This document shows, one piece after another, positions 9,357-18,310 of a stretch of 34,195 nucleotides of DNA. The DNA comes from a virus (lineage: Duplodnaviria > Heunggongvirae > Uroviricota > Caudoviricetes). Every line of letters begins with the position of its first letter. Positions within the stretch are counted from its first letter, which is position 1. Both the position numbers and the translations under genes were made by a program. The DNA is taken from positions 1 through 34,195 of IMG/VR virus record IMGVR_UViG_2579778804_000007, one strand, 5' to 3'. Below the pieces are notes generated by a model. It was not told where the DNA came from. It did no database searches and worked only from the letters and a program-made list of their open reading frames with translations.

Positions 9357-11539
9357 CCCGCGTAAAGCTCCGTCCATTCATCCAGTTGCCCCGGCGTCAT
9401 CGGGTTCTGCGTGTTGATTGTCAGATTGCCGAACGTCCGGCTGTTGTCGATACGGGTTGAGGTGTCCGTGCGTATCTGGTTGCGTATGCCTCCGGGTGGC
9501 AGCTCTGCGCTGATGCGGTTGCCTGCCAGTACCGGGACGGCGGTTTCTGCAATCTGCGGAGGTACGGTGCTGCCTGTTGCGCCCCGCGTCATGGTGTTCA
9601 CCTGCTCCGTGGGCTTCATGTCGATACTGATACCGGGGATTTTGTTCAGCTTTTCCGCAAGCCAGTTCCACGTCCGGTTAAACGAGTTTTTAATGACGTT
9701 CCATAAGTCCCCGAAGACGTTACCGATGATCCCCGCCATTTTCCGGAAGGATTCGACCGGGGCAGTCGGGTCAAATGCAGCCACCACGTCCTGCCACCCT
9801 CTGATGACGATGGCGAAGATGTCGACCAGGGTTCTGATCACGCTGATAACCACCTCCAGCGCGGGGGATATCAGGCTTACCGCTGCGGCCACCACGCGAC
9901 CGCATGTTTCCCCGGCACGGGTGACGCTGTTCATCTGTCCCGTGGTCAGCTGTACCGGTGCAAACAGATCGGAGAAGGCACTGAACAGTGTTTTTATGCC
10001 CTGCCATACCGGGGTCAGCGCACGGGCAATGTCGCCGAACGCGGCAGTCACCGGGCTCATGGCGTCCAGTGCGCTGGTAAAACCATCAATAAAGCCGCGA
10101 ATAAAGGCTTTGACGGGCTGCCAGAACTTAATGGCCACCACCACCAGTGCGGCGATGGCGGCGGCAACCAGGAGGACCGGGGCGCTCATGGTCAGAAACG
10201 ACACGCCCGCCAGACGCGCGGCAAGACTGGTGGCAATGATGACGCTGCGTACTTTTGTGAGTGCGAGCGTGTACAGACCCCAGGCTGCCCTGGCGCCCTT
10301 TATGATGGCCTTATGGCCTTCCATGATGAAGCTGAACACACCCAGCACGATGTTCGTGACCGCACCGGCTGCGCCCAGCGCCAGCATGGTCAGCGTGATG
10401 TAACCCAGCCAGCGGGCGATGTTCGGGAACATGTTCAGCCAGCGCACGAACGTCGCGCCGATATCGGCAAAACGGCCAGCCAGTGGTGCGAGAATGGGGT
10501 AGAGGGCGTTACCGATGGCGGCCCGGATGTTGTAGAAGGAGGCCACAAGGCGGTCCCACGGGTCGGTCATGGCTTCCGCCATTTCCGTGGCACGCTTCAT
10601 GCCGTCATTACGCCCCAGCGCTGATATGCTCCGGTTAAGCATTTCCTGCTGTCCCCAGAGTTTTTTAATCACGTCCGCGCCACTGCCGAAGGCGTCATCC
10701 AGCGCCTGTTGTGCCGCCACGTTACCCTCAATGTTCCTGCCGAACCTCGCCTGCAGACGGTCGAGGATGTCACCCATGGGTAAAATCTTCCCGGTGGCAT
10801 CGACGAAACTCATCCCCATTTTTTGTGCGGCAGCGGGGGCACTGCGCAGGAACTCCTCATAGATGCCTGATGCCTCGGTACCCATGGTCCGTGACAGGGT
10901 GCCCAGTATGGCAAACTGCTCTGCCATGCTGACGCCAAAATCCGCGCCCGCGTTTTTGGTGCCCTCAATAAGCTCCTGCATGGTGCTCATTTCCACGCCG
11001 AACTGCTGAACCATCCACGCGGTTTTACCTGCCAGATCTTCAGCAAACCCCACGGCACCCATGGCAGAAAACTCACTGCGGAAACGGGCACCCATGGCGG
11101 CAAGGTAGCCGCTCGCCTCTTCGCTGCTGACGCGGGCAGCCACGGCCAGGGTGCTGGTTGCTGCCGTCACACGGGGTAAATCCCCGTCGCTCAGTCCGTC
11201 CAGTGCGCCGCGAATATGCCATGCGGAACGGATGATCTCCGTGGAAGACTGACCGAATGCGGTCCCCAGTTTCATGGCCTGCGTGGTGAGGGCGGTCAGC
11301 GCCTGCGCCCCGACGCCTTTGGCCTCAAGCTCGCCCAGCGCCTTCTGCATCTCCCACGCCGGATCCATCGCGGCGCGGATACCTTCAGCCACGCCCCACA
11401 GTCCGGCCACACCCACACCGATACGCGCGAACGCGCCCTGCGAGCGTTCGGCGAATCCCGTCACGGATTCCTGAACCTGCCGCAGCGGGCGGGTAAGCTG
11501 GTCTGTCAGATTGATAATGAAATCCAGCTGGCTGGCCAT
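9353..11539 (-). CDS. Tail tape measure protein, 728 aa
   Basis: Long Ala/Gly-rich protein with central hydrophobic segments, directly after the frameshifted chaperone gene. Confidence 0.8.
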   Translation of the reverse strand: MASQLDFIINLTDQLTRPLRQVQESVTGFAERSQGAFARIGVGVAGLWGVAEGIRAAMDPAWEMQKALGELEAKGVGAQALTALTTQAMKLGTAFGQSSTEIIRSAWHIRGALDGLSDGDLPRVTAATSTLAVAARVSSEEASGYLAAMGARFRSEFSAMGAVGFAEDLAGKTAWMVQQFGVEMSTMQELIEGTKNAGADFGVSMAEQFAILGTLSRTMGTEASGIYEEFLRSAPAAAQKMGMSFVDATGKILPMGDILDRLQARFGRNIEGNVAAQQALDDAFGSGADVIKKLWGQQEMLNRSISALGRNDGMKRATEMAEAMTDPWDRLVASFYNIRAAIGNALYPILAPLAGRFADIGATFVRWLNMFPNIARWLGYITLTMLALGAAGAVTNIVLGVFSFIMEGHKAIIKGARAAWGLYTLALTKVRSVIIATSLAARLAGVSFLTMSAPVLLVAAAIAALVVVAIKFWQPVKAFIRGFIDGFTSALDAMSPVTAAFGDIARALTPVWQGIKTLFSAFSDLFAPVQLTTGQMNSVTRAGETCGRVVAAAVSLISPALEVVISVIRTLVDIFAIVIRGWQDVVAAFDPTAPVESFRKMAGIIGNVFGDLWNVIKNSFNRTWNWLAEKLNKIPGISIDMKPTEQVNTMTRGATGSTVPPQIAETAVPVLAGNRISAELPPGGIRNQIRTDTSTRIDNSRTFGNLTINTQNPMTPGQLDEWTELYAG

Positions 11540-11540
11540 G

Positions 11541-11745
11541 TCACCTTCCGTTAAATGCGATCGCTATACCTTCAGCGGTCTTGTTGGCGCGGGTACGGGC
11601 AAAATATTCATCCAGCCAGATGGCCCGGGCGATGCTCTCTTCGTCGTCCGGCTCTCCGGGGAGGTAGTGACGCCGCAATGCCAGATACTGCTCAAGGGGA
11701 TTGCGGCGGATGCTTTCGACCCGCGCGGTCAGTTTTTTAACTCAA
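11541..11745 (-). CDS. E' extension of tail assembly chaperone, made by programmed -1 frameshift (E+E' product)
   Basis: Slippery heptamer A_AAA_AAC at 11738-11732 just before the E stop; the -1 frame stays open for 63 codons (KLTARVESIRRNPLEQYLALRRHYLPGEPDDEESIARAIWLDEYFARTRANKTAEGIAIAFNGR) and stops at TGA 11543-11541, two nt before the tape-measure ATG. Confidence 0.55.
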
Positions 11746-12004
11746 TCTCCAGTTTCGGGGAGTAAACCTCGTTAATCTTCTCGACGATCTGCATCTCACA
11801 GCCCGGATAACGCGCAATCAGGTCAGCCAGTGCGTCGCGGCTGGCAGGCGTCACGATGCGGTTAAGATAGGTGCTCATCGGCGCCACCTTGTTGGTCATC
11901 GTGATTTCGTTGATGAGGTTGTTAAATGCCGTCTTGTTCGGTTCAAAGCTCAGGGTTACGCCCGCAACGGACAGGATGATGGTGCCGGTGTTCTTCGTGG
12001 TCAT
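11729..12004 (-). CDS. Tail assembly chaperone (P2 gpE / lambda gpG analogue), 91 aa
   Basis: Small acidic protein immediately upstream of the tape measure gene, ending in a slippery site. Confidence 0.6.
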   Translation of the reverse strand: MTTKNTGTIILSVAGVTLSFEPNKTAFNNLINEITMTNKVAPMSTYLNRIVTPASRDALADLIARYPGCEMQIVEKINEVYSPKLEIELKN

Positions 12005-12294
12005 TGTAGTTTCTCCGTGTTTCGTATGGTTTCCACCAGGCTGTTATGCCTGGCGGCGCATTCGGTGTAGCGGCTCGTGAGGGTTCGCAGTGCCGCATCA
12101 AAATCAGCGCCTGTCGGGCCTGCCAGTCTCGGCAGTGTCTTCGGGCATTCCGTCAGCTGGTTTTCCTGCCAGGGTACGCTCAGCGGCTTCAGCACGGGCG
12201 TTGAACAGCCGGACGTAATCATCAGTAGCGCACACATTGCGGAATACCGGGCGGACGGTTTCCGTGTGAATAACGCGTTCAGTGTGAATTTCAT
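12001..12294 (-). CDS. Rz1-like outer-membrane spanin lipoprotein, overlapping the Rz gene in another frame
   Basis: Lipobox-like LLMITSGC; likely start at internal Met near 12237; reading frame begins inside the Rz gene and extends past it. Confidence 0.45.
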   Translation of the reverse strand: MKFTLNALFTRKPSARYSAMCALLMITSGCSTPVLKPLSVPWQENQLTECPKTLPRLAGPTGADFDAALRTLTSRYTECAARHNSLVETIRNTEKLQ

Positions 12295-12490
12295 TGCCCT
12301 TTAACGCCTCCAGCCGTTTTTCCAGTATGCGGGCGGACTGCTGCCCGGCTTCTGTCACCGCCCGTCGCGTGGCTTCCATGGCTTCCTGTTCGGCAAGCAC
12401 CACCCTGGCGTCATGCCAGTCATGGGCCAGCCAGCCCGCCCACATGGCGGCAAAGAGGATCACCAGGCAGCCCGCCAGCTGTTTCATCAT
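12104..12490 (-). CDS. Rz-like inner-membrane spanin
   Basis: 128 aa, N-terminal TM segment then charged coiled-coil-like region; follows the endolysin. Confidence 0.5.
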   Translation of the reverse strand: MMKQLAGCLVILFAAMWAGWLAHDWHDARVVLAEQEAMEATRRAVTEAGQQSARILEKRLEALKGNEIHTERVIHTETVRPVFRNVCATDDYVRLFNARAEAAERTLAGKPADGMPEDTAETGRPDRR

Positions 12491-12825
12491 TTCACCCCGT
12501 TGTGCTCAAGGCTGAAATGATTGCCGTCTGCCCGGCTGAAGCGCCCGCCCCATGTGCCGCCGATGGATTCCCAGTATTCCCCCAGCGGCCTGTAGGCGTC
12601 GGTGTCGGCCTGGTATTTGCCGTTAATAAACAGGTTGAAGTCCACCGCGAGGCGCAGGGTGTGAAGGCTGTTGCGGATGCCTTTTCCGGTTTTCGCATTC
12701 AGTGCTGCCTGCTCCGGCGTGCGGTATGCCTCGCCGAAGGTCAGGCGATAGCCGTGCTCCTGTGCCCAGTGGATGAGATCGGCAATCATGACGGCAAACA
12801 GTTGTTGTTTTTCGCTCAGATTCAT
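12487..12825 (-). CDS. Endolysin, peptidase M15 family (L-alanyl-D-glutamate peptidase type)
   Basis: 112 aa; motifs resemble small phage M15 endolysins; sits between holin and spanins. Confidence 0.65.
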   Translation of the reverse strand: MNLSEKQQLFAVMIADLIHWAQEHGYRLTFGEAYRTPEQAALNAKTGKGIRNSLHTLRLAVDFNLFINGKYQADTDAYRPLGEYWESIGGTWGGRFSRADGNHFSLEHNGVK

Positions 12826-12875
12826 GGGGTATCTCCTGTGCGTTATACAGGTTCAGGGAAGGTGAAATGTAAGGC

Positions 12876-13181
12876 TTATGGGTCATTTCTGCGTTCCTTC
12901 TGCTTCAGGTAGCGGTCTGCCAGACGGCAAAAGCATTCTTCAATAAAGGCGCTGCCCATAATGCCCAGCGCGCACGCCAGACCGACCACAACCAGTTCCG
13001 GCATGTCCGGAAATTTAAACAGCGGAATGGCGGCAACCGGCGCCACGGCAGAGCCCATAATCATTCGCCCGATAAGCAGACGGGCTGTGATGCGATCGCG
13101 GCTCACCATGAGACGCCCCAGCCCGATGGCGGCACCGATGATAATCAGTTTTGCCAGGAGTGAAGTCTGACCGTCCGGCAT
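12876..13181 (-). CDS. Holin (predicted three TM helices)
   Basis: 101 aa with three hydrophobic segments and charged C-terminus, immediately upstream of the endolysin. Confidence 0.5.
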   Translation of the reverse strand: MPDGQTSLLAKLIIIGAAIGLGRLMVSRDRITARLLIGRMIMGSAVAPVAAIPLFKFPDMPELVVVGLACALGIMGSAFIEECFCRLADRYLKQKERRNDP

Positions 13182-13185
13182 GGCA

Positions 13186-13677
13186 TCACCCCTTCAGATC
13201 GCGGGTGTCACGGGCTGACAGGTAGGGCACGCCGTCAATGCTGATAAAGTCCGGGCTTGTGACCATGAACTTGATTTTTTTCGTGGTCTTTCCGGCTTCG
13301 CCTGCGCTGATGTTCACCACGTCCGACAACATGGGGACGCAGCCGAATACCTCGATTTTTTCCTCCTCGCTGCCGTTGTTGGCATAAAAGAGAAAATCCT
13401 TTTCAGGAATGGCACGCCACGACCCCGCAGAGCGGGCCACGGCACCAAACTTTTTAAAGTTCTGCGCGTCGACTTCCACCTCCACATCGGCAGAAACAGA
13501 ACCACGGGTGTAGCCGTTCGGCACGCCGCGCGTCTGTGCCACGGCGCTGTTGTCGGTGATGGTGACGGTGGCGCTTTCCACGTGGATCATGATCCCGTCG
13601 TAGTTGATATCAAACGCGCCGCCGCTGATACGTTCATTTCCGGCCATGTCAGATCTCCAGTGCTGTGTCGAGTTCAA
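13186..13677 (-). CDS. Contractile tail tube protein
   Basis: 163 aa directly after the putative sheath gene; size and position fit a tail tube. Family not verified. Confidence 0.5.
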   Translation of the reverse strand: MNSTQHWRSDMAGNERISGGAFDINYDGIMIHVESATVTITDNSAVAQTRGVPNGYTRGSVSADVEVEVDAQNFKKFGAVARSAGSWRAIPEKDFLFYANNGSEEEKIEVFGCVPMLSDVVNISAGEAGKTTKKIKFMVTSPDFISIDGVPYLSARDTRDLKG

Positions 13678-14794
13678 TACTTACGCCAATGGCTTTTGCG
13701 CTCTCGTAGGGGCGTACCACAATGTAAATCTGCACGTGTGTACTGCTGGTCCAGACGATGGTGATATCCCCGTCCTGTGGCGGTTTAACCTCGCCGGGGA
13801 ACGGTACGCCGTTAATCTCCGTGGCGAGCGCCATTTCACGCAGCGTGCGGCTGAAATATGTCTGGCTGGCGGCAATGCTGCCCGGTGTGCTGTTGAGTGC
13901 GCGATCTGCAAGGCGGGCAATGGCGCGCAGACGTACACGGCGGGAGACTTTATCCACCACGCGCACGTTTTCGATGACCTGGTAATCGCCCCCCTCCACA
14001 TCAAGGGTGCGTCCGTCTGACCAGTAGAGCCCGTCGAAATCGTGATACCACATGGGCACGCTGAAGCGTTTGCCTTCCAGCGAGCGCAGCGTGGCCAGTT
14101 CAAGGGGCTGTTTCTTGCCGTCCTGCGGGATCTCATCGTTACCCATCGCCACCAGGGCACCGGTTGCCACACGTGCCGGACTGTCCGCAACGGTGACGGA
14201 AGGATTACAGAGACGGCCCGCCAGTACGCCGGGCTCATTTCCCCATAAGCGGGGAACCACCATCACGCCAGGTGCTGCCACGCCGTCCTGTATGGCACTG
14301 ATGCGGGTGACGTATGCCGCCCATGCTTCATCCCTGCCCGGTCCGGCCACGCACAGCATGAACCAGACAAAACGGCCATAAGCGGACTGAAGCAGGGCGC
14401 GGGTTTCGGTGGCGCGGTTAACGGCATCTTTAGCCGTGATGTCAATGGCAATCACCACGCCTTCGGCAGAAGCAATGGTCTGCGCTTTTTTCACCGCGTC
14501 CACCCATGCGGCGTTAGCGTCGCCGCCCTCCGGTGCCGGGGGTTTGGGTTCAGACAGAACGTGAACATAGGCAAACCAGTTCTGGCCACCGTTGGCGATT
14601 GCGGCGGTAAGCGTGGATTTAAGCAGGCTTTCATCCGGTCCCAGCACGTCGTCCAGGTCGGTCTCAGGGGAGACGGAAAGGGTGTTACCTGTGTTCTTTT
14701 TGCCATAGCCCACAAAAAGCAGCGTGCGCTCCACTTCACGGGTGGCACCGTTGAAACGGTTCTGATGGCTTACGGTTACATTCGGCCAGCTCAC
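13649..14794 (-). CDS. Contractile tail sheath protein
   Basis: 381 aa between tail completion genes and the tube gene; not P2 FI-like in sequence, so assigned by position and size. Confidence 0.5.
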   Translation of the reverse strand: MSWPNVTVSHQNRFNGATREVERTLLFVGYGKKNTGNTLSVSPETDLDDVLGPDESLLKSTLTAAIANGGQNWFAYVHVLSEPKPPAPEGGDANAAWVDAVKKAQTIASAEGVVIAIDITAKDAVNRATETRALLQSAYGRFVWFMLCVAGPGRDEAWAAYVTRISAIQDGVAAPGVMVVPRLWGNEPGVLAGRLCNPSVTVADSPARVATGALVAMGNDEIPQDGKKQPLELATLRSLEGKRFSVPMWYHDFDGLYWSDGRTLDVEGGDYQVIENVRVVDKVSRRVRLRAIARLADRALNSTPGSIAASQTYFSRTLREMALATEINGVPFPGEVKPPQDGDITIVWTSSTHVQIYIVVRPYESAKAIGVSIELDTALEI

Positions 14795-14805
14795 GGTGTG
14801 ACTCC

Positions 14806-15516
14806 TTATCTGATATCCTGTGCGTCAACGTCCAGGCCGTAGCCCATTGCGTTCATCTGGCGTGCCAGGATGTGTGAAAATTCTTCGTTTGTTACCCCCA
14901 GAAAGACGCGCGACGGAAGGGTAATGGTCCATGTCCGGGCCTTCTGCTGGCGTGGTCCGGCGATAATCTGATCTTCCATAATGGTGATCAGCAACCCGGC
15001 CTGCGCCCGCGAAAGCGTTAACAGGTATTTCATGGATGCTTTCCGCCAGCGCCCCTTCTGGCGTACCTTAAAGCCCAGCTCCCGCAGTCGTTTTGCCTGT
15101 CGGCGGGTGGCGGTCTGCCCGTTCTGGTCCTGACCGCTGAAGCTGTCAGCACTGACCCGGATTTCTGCGCCGTTGTGGTGAACCCAGCCCACGGCACCGG
15201 CACTGATGCGGCTCCTGCCACTGGTGTGATTGCCGTTACGGAAATAAACCTTTACGGCATCCTGTCCGGGCATCTCACGGACCGCCAGAAGACGCGGCAG
15301 CTTTCTGAACATTTTCCCTTTGCCGCGTTTCCGGGGGGCCCATGCTGTACCGTCCGGTGCGGCCTGATCGCGCTGATGGCGTCTGGCAGCGGCGATAATG
15401 CCGTGCCGGGCAATACGCCATAACAGGCGACGGCGTTTTTTCGGGGGCAGATCCAGCGACTGAAGCATCGCCTGCGCTTCTGCCAGCTGCTGCGGGTTCA
15501 GCTGGCCGCTTATCAT
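14806..15516 (-). CDS. Phage virion morphogenesis / tail completion protein (gpS-like)
   Basis: 236 aa basic protein following the gpR-like gene. Confidence 0.45.
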   Translation of the reverse strand: MISGQLNPQQLAEAQAMLQSLDLPPKKRRRLLWRIARHGIIAAARRHQRDQAAPDGTAWAPRKRGKGKMFRKLPRLLAVREMPGQDAVKVYFRNGNHTSGRSRISAGAVGWVHHNGAEIRVSADSFSGQDQNGQTATRRQAKRLRELGFKVRQKGRWRKASMKYLLTLSRAQAGLLITIMEDQIIAGPRQQKARTWTITLPSRVFLGVTNEEFSHILARQMNAMGYGLDVDAQDIR

Positions 15517-15986
15517 TCGCGGCTCCTGCTGACAAACAGATCCATGGTTTCCGCCGTCCAGATTTCAGGGTTAACCAGTGTCCAGCGTTTCCCCCTGTAC
15601 GGAACGGGGCCGTCCTCCTGCACCTGGATGATCAGCGGGTCAGCCAGTCCCACCGTGATATCGAGAAGGCACGAGTCCTCATCGTTAAACTGCGGGTCGA
15701 CGTTCACATCCTCCGGGCGGAATTCCTCCCTCAGCGGGTCCGCGTGCTCTTCCAGCCAGGCCATGACCAGCGCGTAAACCAGCCCCGGTGAGTATTTGCG
15801 GAACGGGAAGTTATCCCATGCAATCACGCCTGTGTACGTCATCACACCCATGCGGATCTGGTTGTTACCCAGCGCCTTCTGACTGCGGATAAGCTGCGCG
15901 TCTTCCTGACTGCTCATGAAGAACTGCATGGCGTCAGGCGGCAGATTTTCGGTAATGAAGGCGGTCAGGCTTTCCAGCTGGTTCAT
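15513..15986 (-). CDS. Tail completion protein (gpR-like)
   Basis: 157 aa, overlaps the head completion gene stop; P2-like position. Confidence 0.45.
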   Translation of the reverse strand: MNQLESLTAFITENLPPDAMQFFMSSQEDAQLIRSQKALGNNQIRMGVMTYTGVIAWDNFPFRKYSPGLVYALVMAWLEEHADPLREEFRPEDVNVDPQFNDEDSCLLDITVGLADPLIIQVQEDGPVPYRGKRWTLVNPEIWTAETMDLFVSRSRE

Positions 15987-16456
15987 ATGATGTGCACTCC
16001 CGCGCGTCTGTGCCCCAGCATGTTACGCATGACCAGCGAGGCTTCAGCCAGTAAGGTGGCGCGCGTGTCCTCGCTTTCCTGCCCCGGATAGGTTTCACGG
16101 CGACCAATGGTGGCGAACTCGCCCATAAGATCGGCCTTGGCACGGGCATAAACGGCCTTTTTGTACTGTGCGACCAGCTGGGTTTCATCGCCCAGCCTGG
16201 CCCCCGGTACGTCTGCGGCGCGTTCATGCCCCTGCGCCTTCCAGTGCGCCACAACCGGCGCAAGCGTGGTGTTCACCTCGGCCACTGCGGCAAGCAGCGC
16301 CATGGCCGCCGTGTCGTCGGGTAAATCAGCCGGAAGCGTGCGTGACCCCTGAAGCTCAGCCAGATCAAGGTCCGGCCAGAACGGCTCGCCGTTTGTCACC
16401 GTCTGCGGTGTGGATTTCAGCGGTTTACCGCTGACGCTGAAGCTCGGTTCGCTCAT
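15983..16456 (-). CDS. L: Head completion/stabilisation protein (P2 gpL-like)
   Basis: Start chosen at MSEPSF with GAGG 8 nt upstream (track ORF extends to 16507); follows the small terminase gene as in P2. Confidence 0.6.
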   Translation of the reverse strand: MSEPSFSVSGKPLKSTPQTVTNGEPFWPDLDLAELQGSRTLPADLPDDTAAMALLAAVAEVNTTLAPVVAHWKAQGHERAADVPGARLGDETQLVAQYKKAVYARAKADLMGEFATIGRRETYPGQESEDTRATLLAEASLVMRNMLGHRRAGVHII

Positions 16457-16563
16457 GACGTGCCTCATATGAATAAAAAGGCGGGCTGTCCGGGATTCCA
16501 CGGCCATACAGCTCGCAGAGCTGATGCCTCCTCCCGCGCCCGCCCGGCCCTGCGGGTAGTCGT

Positions 16564-17262
16564 TTACGCTGCATTAAGGGCGCTGATGCGTGCCCTGATG
16601 CGCGCCCTGATACTTTTTACGCCAGCGGTACGGCTCAGTGCTGCCGCCTGTGCCAGGTATGCATCTGCCTTTTCCAGTACGGCAGTATCATTAATCGCGG
16701 TGGCTCTCGGTTTGCCCGCCTCGTCGCGCAGAAGATACAGCCCGGCAAATCTGAACCACTTCGCGCGGATTTCCTCATGCAGCCGCCACGAGGTGGTGAC
16801 GTTCCTGAAGGTGCGCGAAAAATACGGTTCTATGCTGTGTCCGGCCTCGCTGTTGTCGGTGGCCCACTGCAGCACCGTGTCTGCCACGAAGGCGGGCAGG
16901 GTGCTGCGGAAGTTGTCCGGTGTGGTCTGGCCTTCACTGATGGCAATGTCTGCCCAGTCAAGGGCGCGACTCAGGTCGCCCGTGTCGAACAGCCAGATGA
17001 TGCAGTACACCAGTACCGGGCAGGCGTGGCGCTTTCCGTCAGCGATATAGCGCTCCGCGACGGGCAGCCAGCGCGGCAGGAGAATGTCGCGCTTGAACGC
17101 CAGCCGCTCTTCGCGGACCGGAAGACTGCGCAGCCGTGCCACATCGCGATCAAGCTCCGCGCGTAACAGGTGGAAGCTGACCGGGGAGGCCGTCATCGCC
17201 TCCCGTCGTTCCAGTGCCTCCTGTGTGCGGATTTTCGCCCGGTGCCGCTGGCAGGGTGTCAT
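16564..17262 (-). CDS. M: Terminase small (endonuclease) subunit (P2 gpM-like)
   Basis: Start chosen at MTPCQ with GGAGGG ribosome-binding site (track ORF extends to 17418); follows the capsid gene; C-terminal RARI repeats come from GCCCTGATGCG direct repeats. Confidence 0.7.
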   Translation of the reverse strand: MTPCQRHRAKIRTQEALERREAMTASPVSFHLLRAELDRDVARLRSLPVREERLAFKRDILLPRWLPVAERYIADGKRHACPVLVYCIIWLFDTGDLSRALDWADIAISEGQTTPDNFRSTLPAFVADTVLQWATDNSEAGHSIEPYFSRTFRNVTTSWRLHEEIRAKWFRFAGLYLLRDEAGKPRATAINDTAVLEKADAYLAQAAALSRTAGVKSIRARIRARISALNAA

Positions 17263-17279
17263 TGCGCCGCCCTCCGTCC

Positions 17280-18299
17280 TCAGCCGCCGACGCCCGGTAC
17301 GGCTTCTGCGCCCTTGATGGTCAGTTTGTCGTAGGCCGCGTAAATTTCGTCGTGCTCCACGGCGTAACCTTCCATGCGCAGATAGTTGTTTTCGAAACGC
17401 TTGCGATCGTCGTTCCACTCTGCCCGGCGCTGACGGGTACCGCGCTGCGTGTAGATGTGAAGGTTCGCCAGCGTGGTGACAATCAGACGGCCTTCCGGCA
17501 TAAACGGCGGGGTGTATGCCGTCAGTCCGGCGATCTGGCGACCGATAAGCTGTGCGGCCACTTTTTCGGTGGGGGCGTCGATAGCGTTAAGCAACGTCAC
17601 CTTGTCCTGTGCCACAAGGTCGGGGGCTACCAGTACCACCAGATCCGGATGACCTCGATACGACTCATCAATGAGGGTGTGCACGAGATCTGCCACTGCC
17701 GCATCCAGCCCGATAAAGTCGCCACCCTTGCCCAGCGTCGGGCCTGCGTCCACGATCTGTTTTGTGCTTCGGGCTTTGACGATGGCATGCCAGCCGGTGT
17801 TGACGTCCTCGCCGTTTTTGTTGGTTACCGGGTCAGTATTTTCGGCCACGCTGGTACCGTTAAAGGCGATGCGCAGGATATCCAGCGCAATCTGTCTGTT
17901 AACGAAATTCTGAATGCGGTTAAAAAACTCGTTTTCACCGCCGGCGTTGGCCCAGGTCACCAGTGTGGTGTACAGGAGGTGGGCACCGGAATCGGTCTCA
18001 GCCAGCTTGTATTCATTCCCGGTGACACCCAGCGGAAGGGTGAAGCGGGCATCTTTTTTACGACCGGTGTGCAGACCCGGAGTGCCGGTGGTGACCACCT
18101 GGCCTGTCACCTGTTCAACATCCAGCACGTTCGGCAGTTTTGATAAAAACTCATCGGAGTGCATGATGGCGTCACGCAGCGCGGTCTCCTTCGGGTCAGA
18201 CAGCGCAAAATAGCGTGAGACATCGTCAGTTCCGTTTGCCGCGCCCAGCCCGGCTGCGTACTTGCGAAGCAGGGCTTCAGTTTTCTGGTTCAGTTGCAT
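17280..18299 (-). CDS. N: Major capsid protein (P2 gpN family)
   Basis: 339 aa; resembles P2 gpN; position between scaffold and small terminase. Confidence 0.85.
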   Translation of the reverse strand: MQLNQKTEALLRKYAAGLGAANGTDDVSRYFALSDPKETALRDAIMHSDEFLSKLPNVLDVEQVTGQVVTTGTPGLHTGRKKDARFTLPLGVTGNEYKLAETDSGAHLLYTTLVTWANAGGENEFFNRIQNFVNRQIALDILRIAFNGTSVAENTDPVTNKNGEDVNTGWHAIVKARSTKQIVDAGPTLGKGGDFIGLDAAVADLVHTLIDESYRGHPDLVVLVAPDLVAQDKVTLLNAIDAPTEKVAAQLIGRQIAGLTAYTPPFMPEGRLIVTTLANLHIYTQRGTRQRRAEWNDDRKRFENNYLRMEGYAVEHDEIYAAYDKLTIKGAEAVPGVGG

Positions 18300-18310
18300 G
18301 TTGCGTATCC

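Noticed and set aside
9411-10403. 330-aa + strand ORF antisense to the tape measure gene, and similar long + strand ORFs across the late operon (e.g. 8177..8782, 17214..18143, 18495..19010)
   Set aside because: They lie antisense to well-supported structural genes, have low-complexity compositions typical of GC-rich antisense frames, and lack start-site signals.
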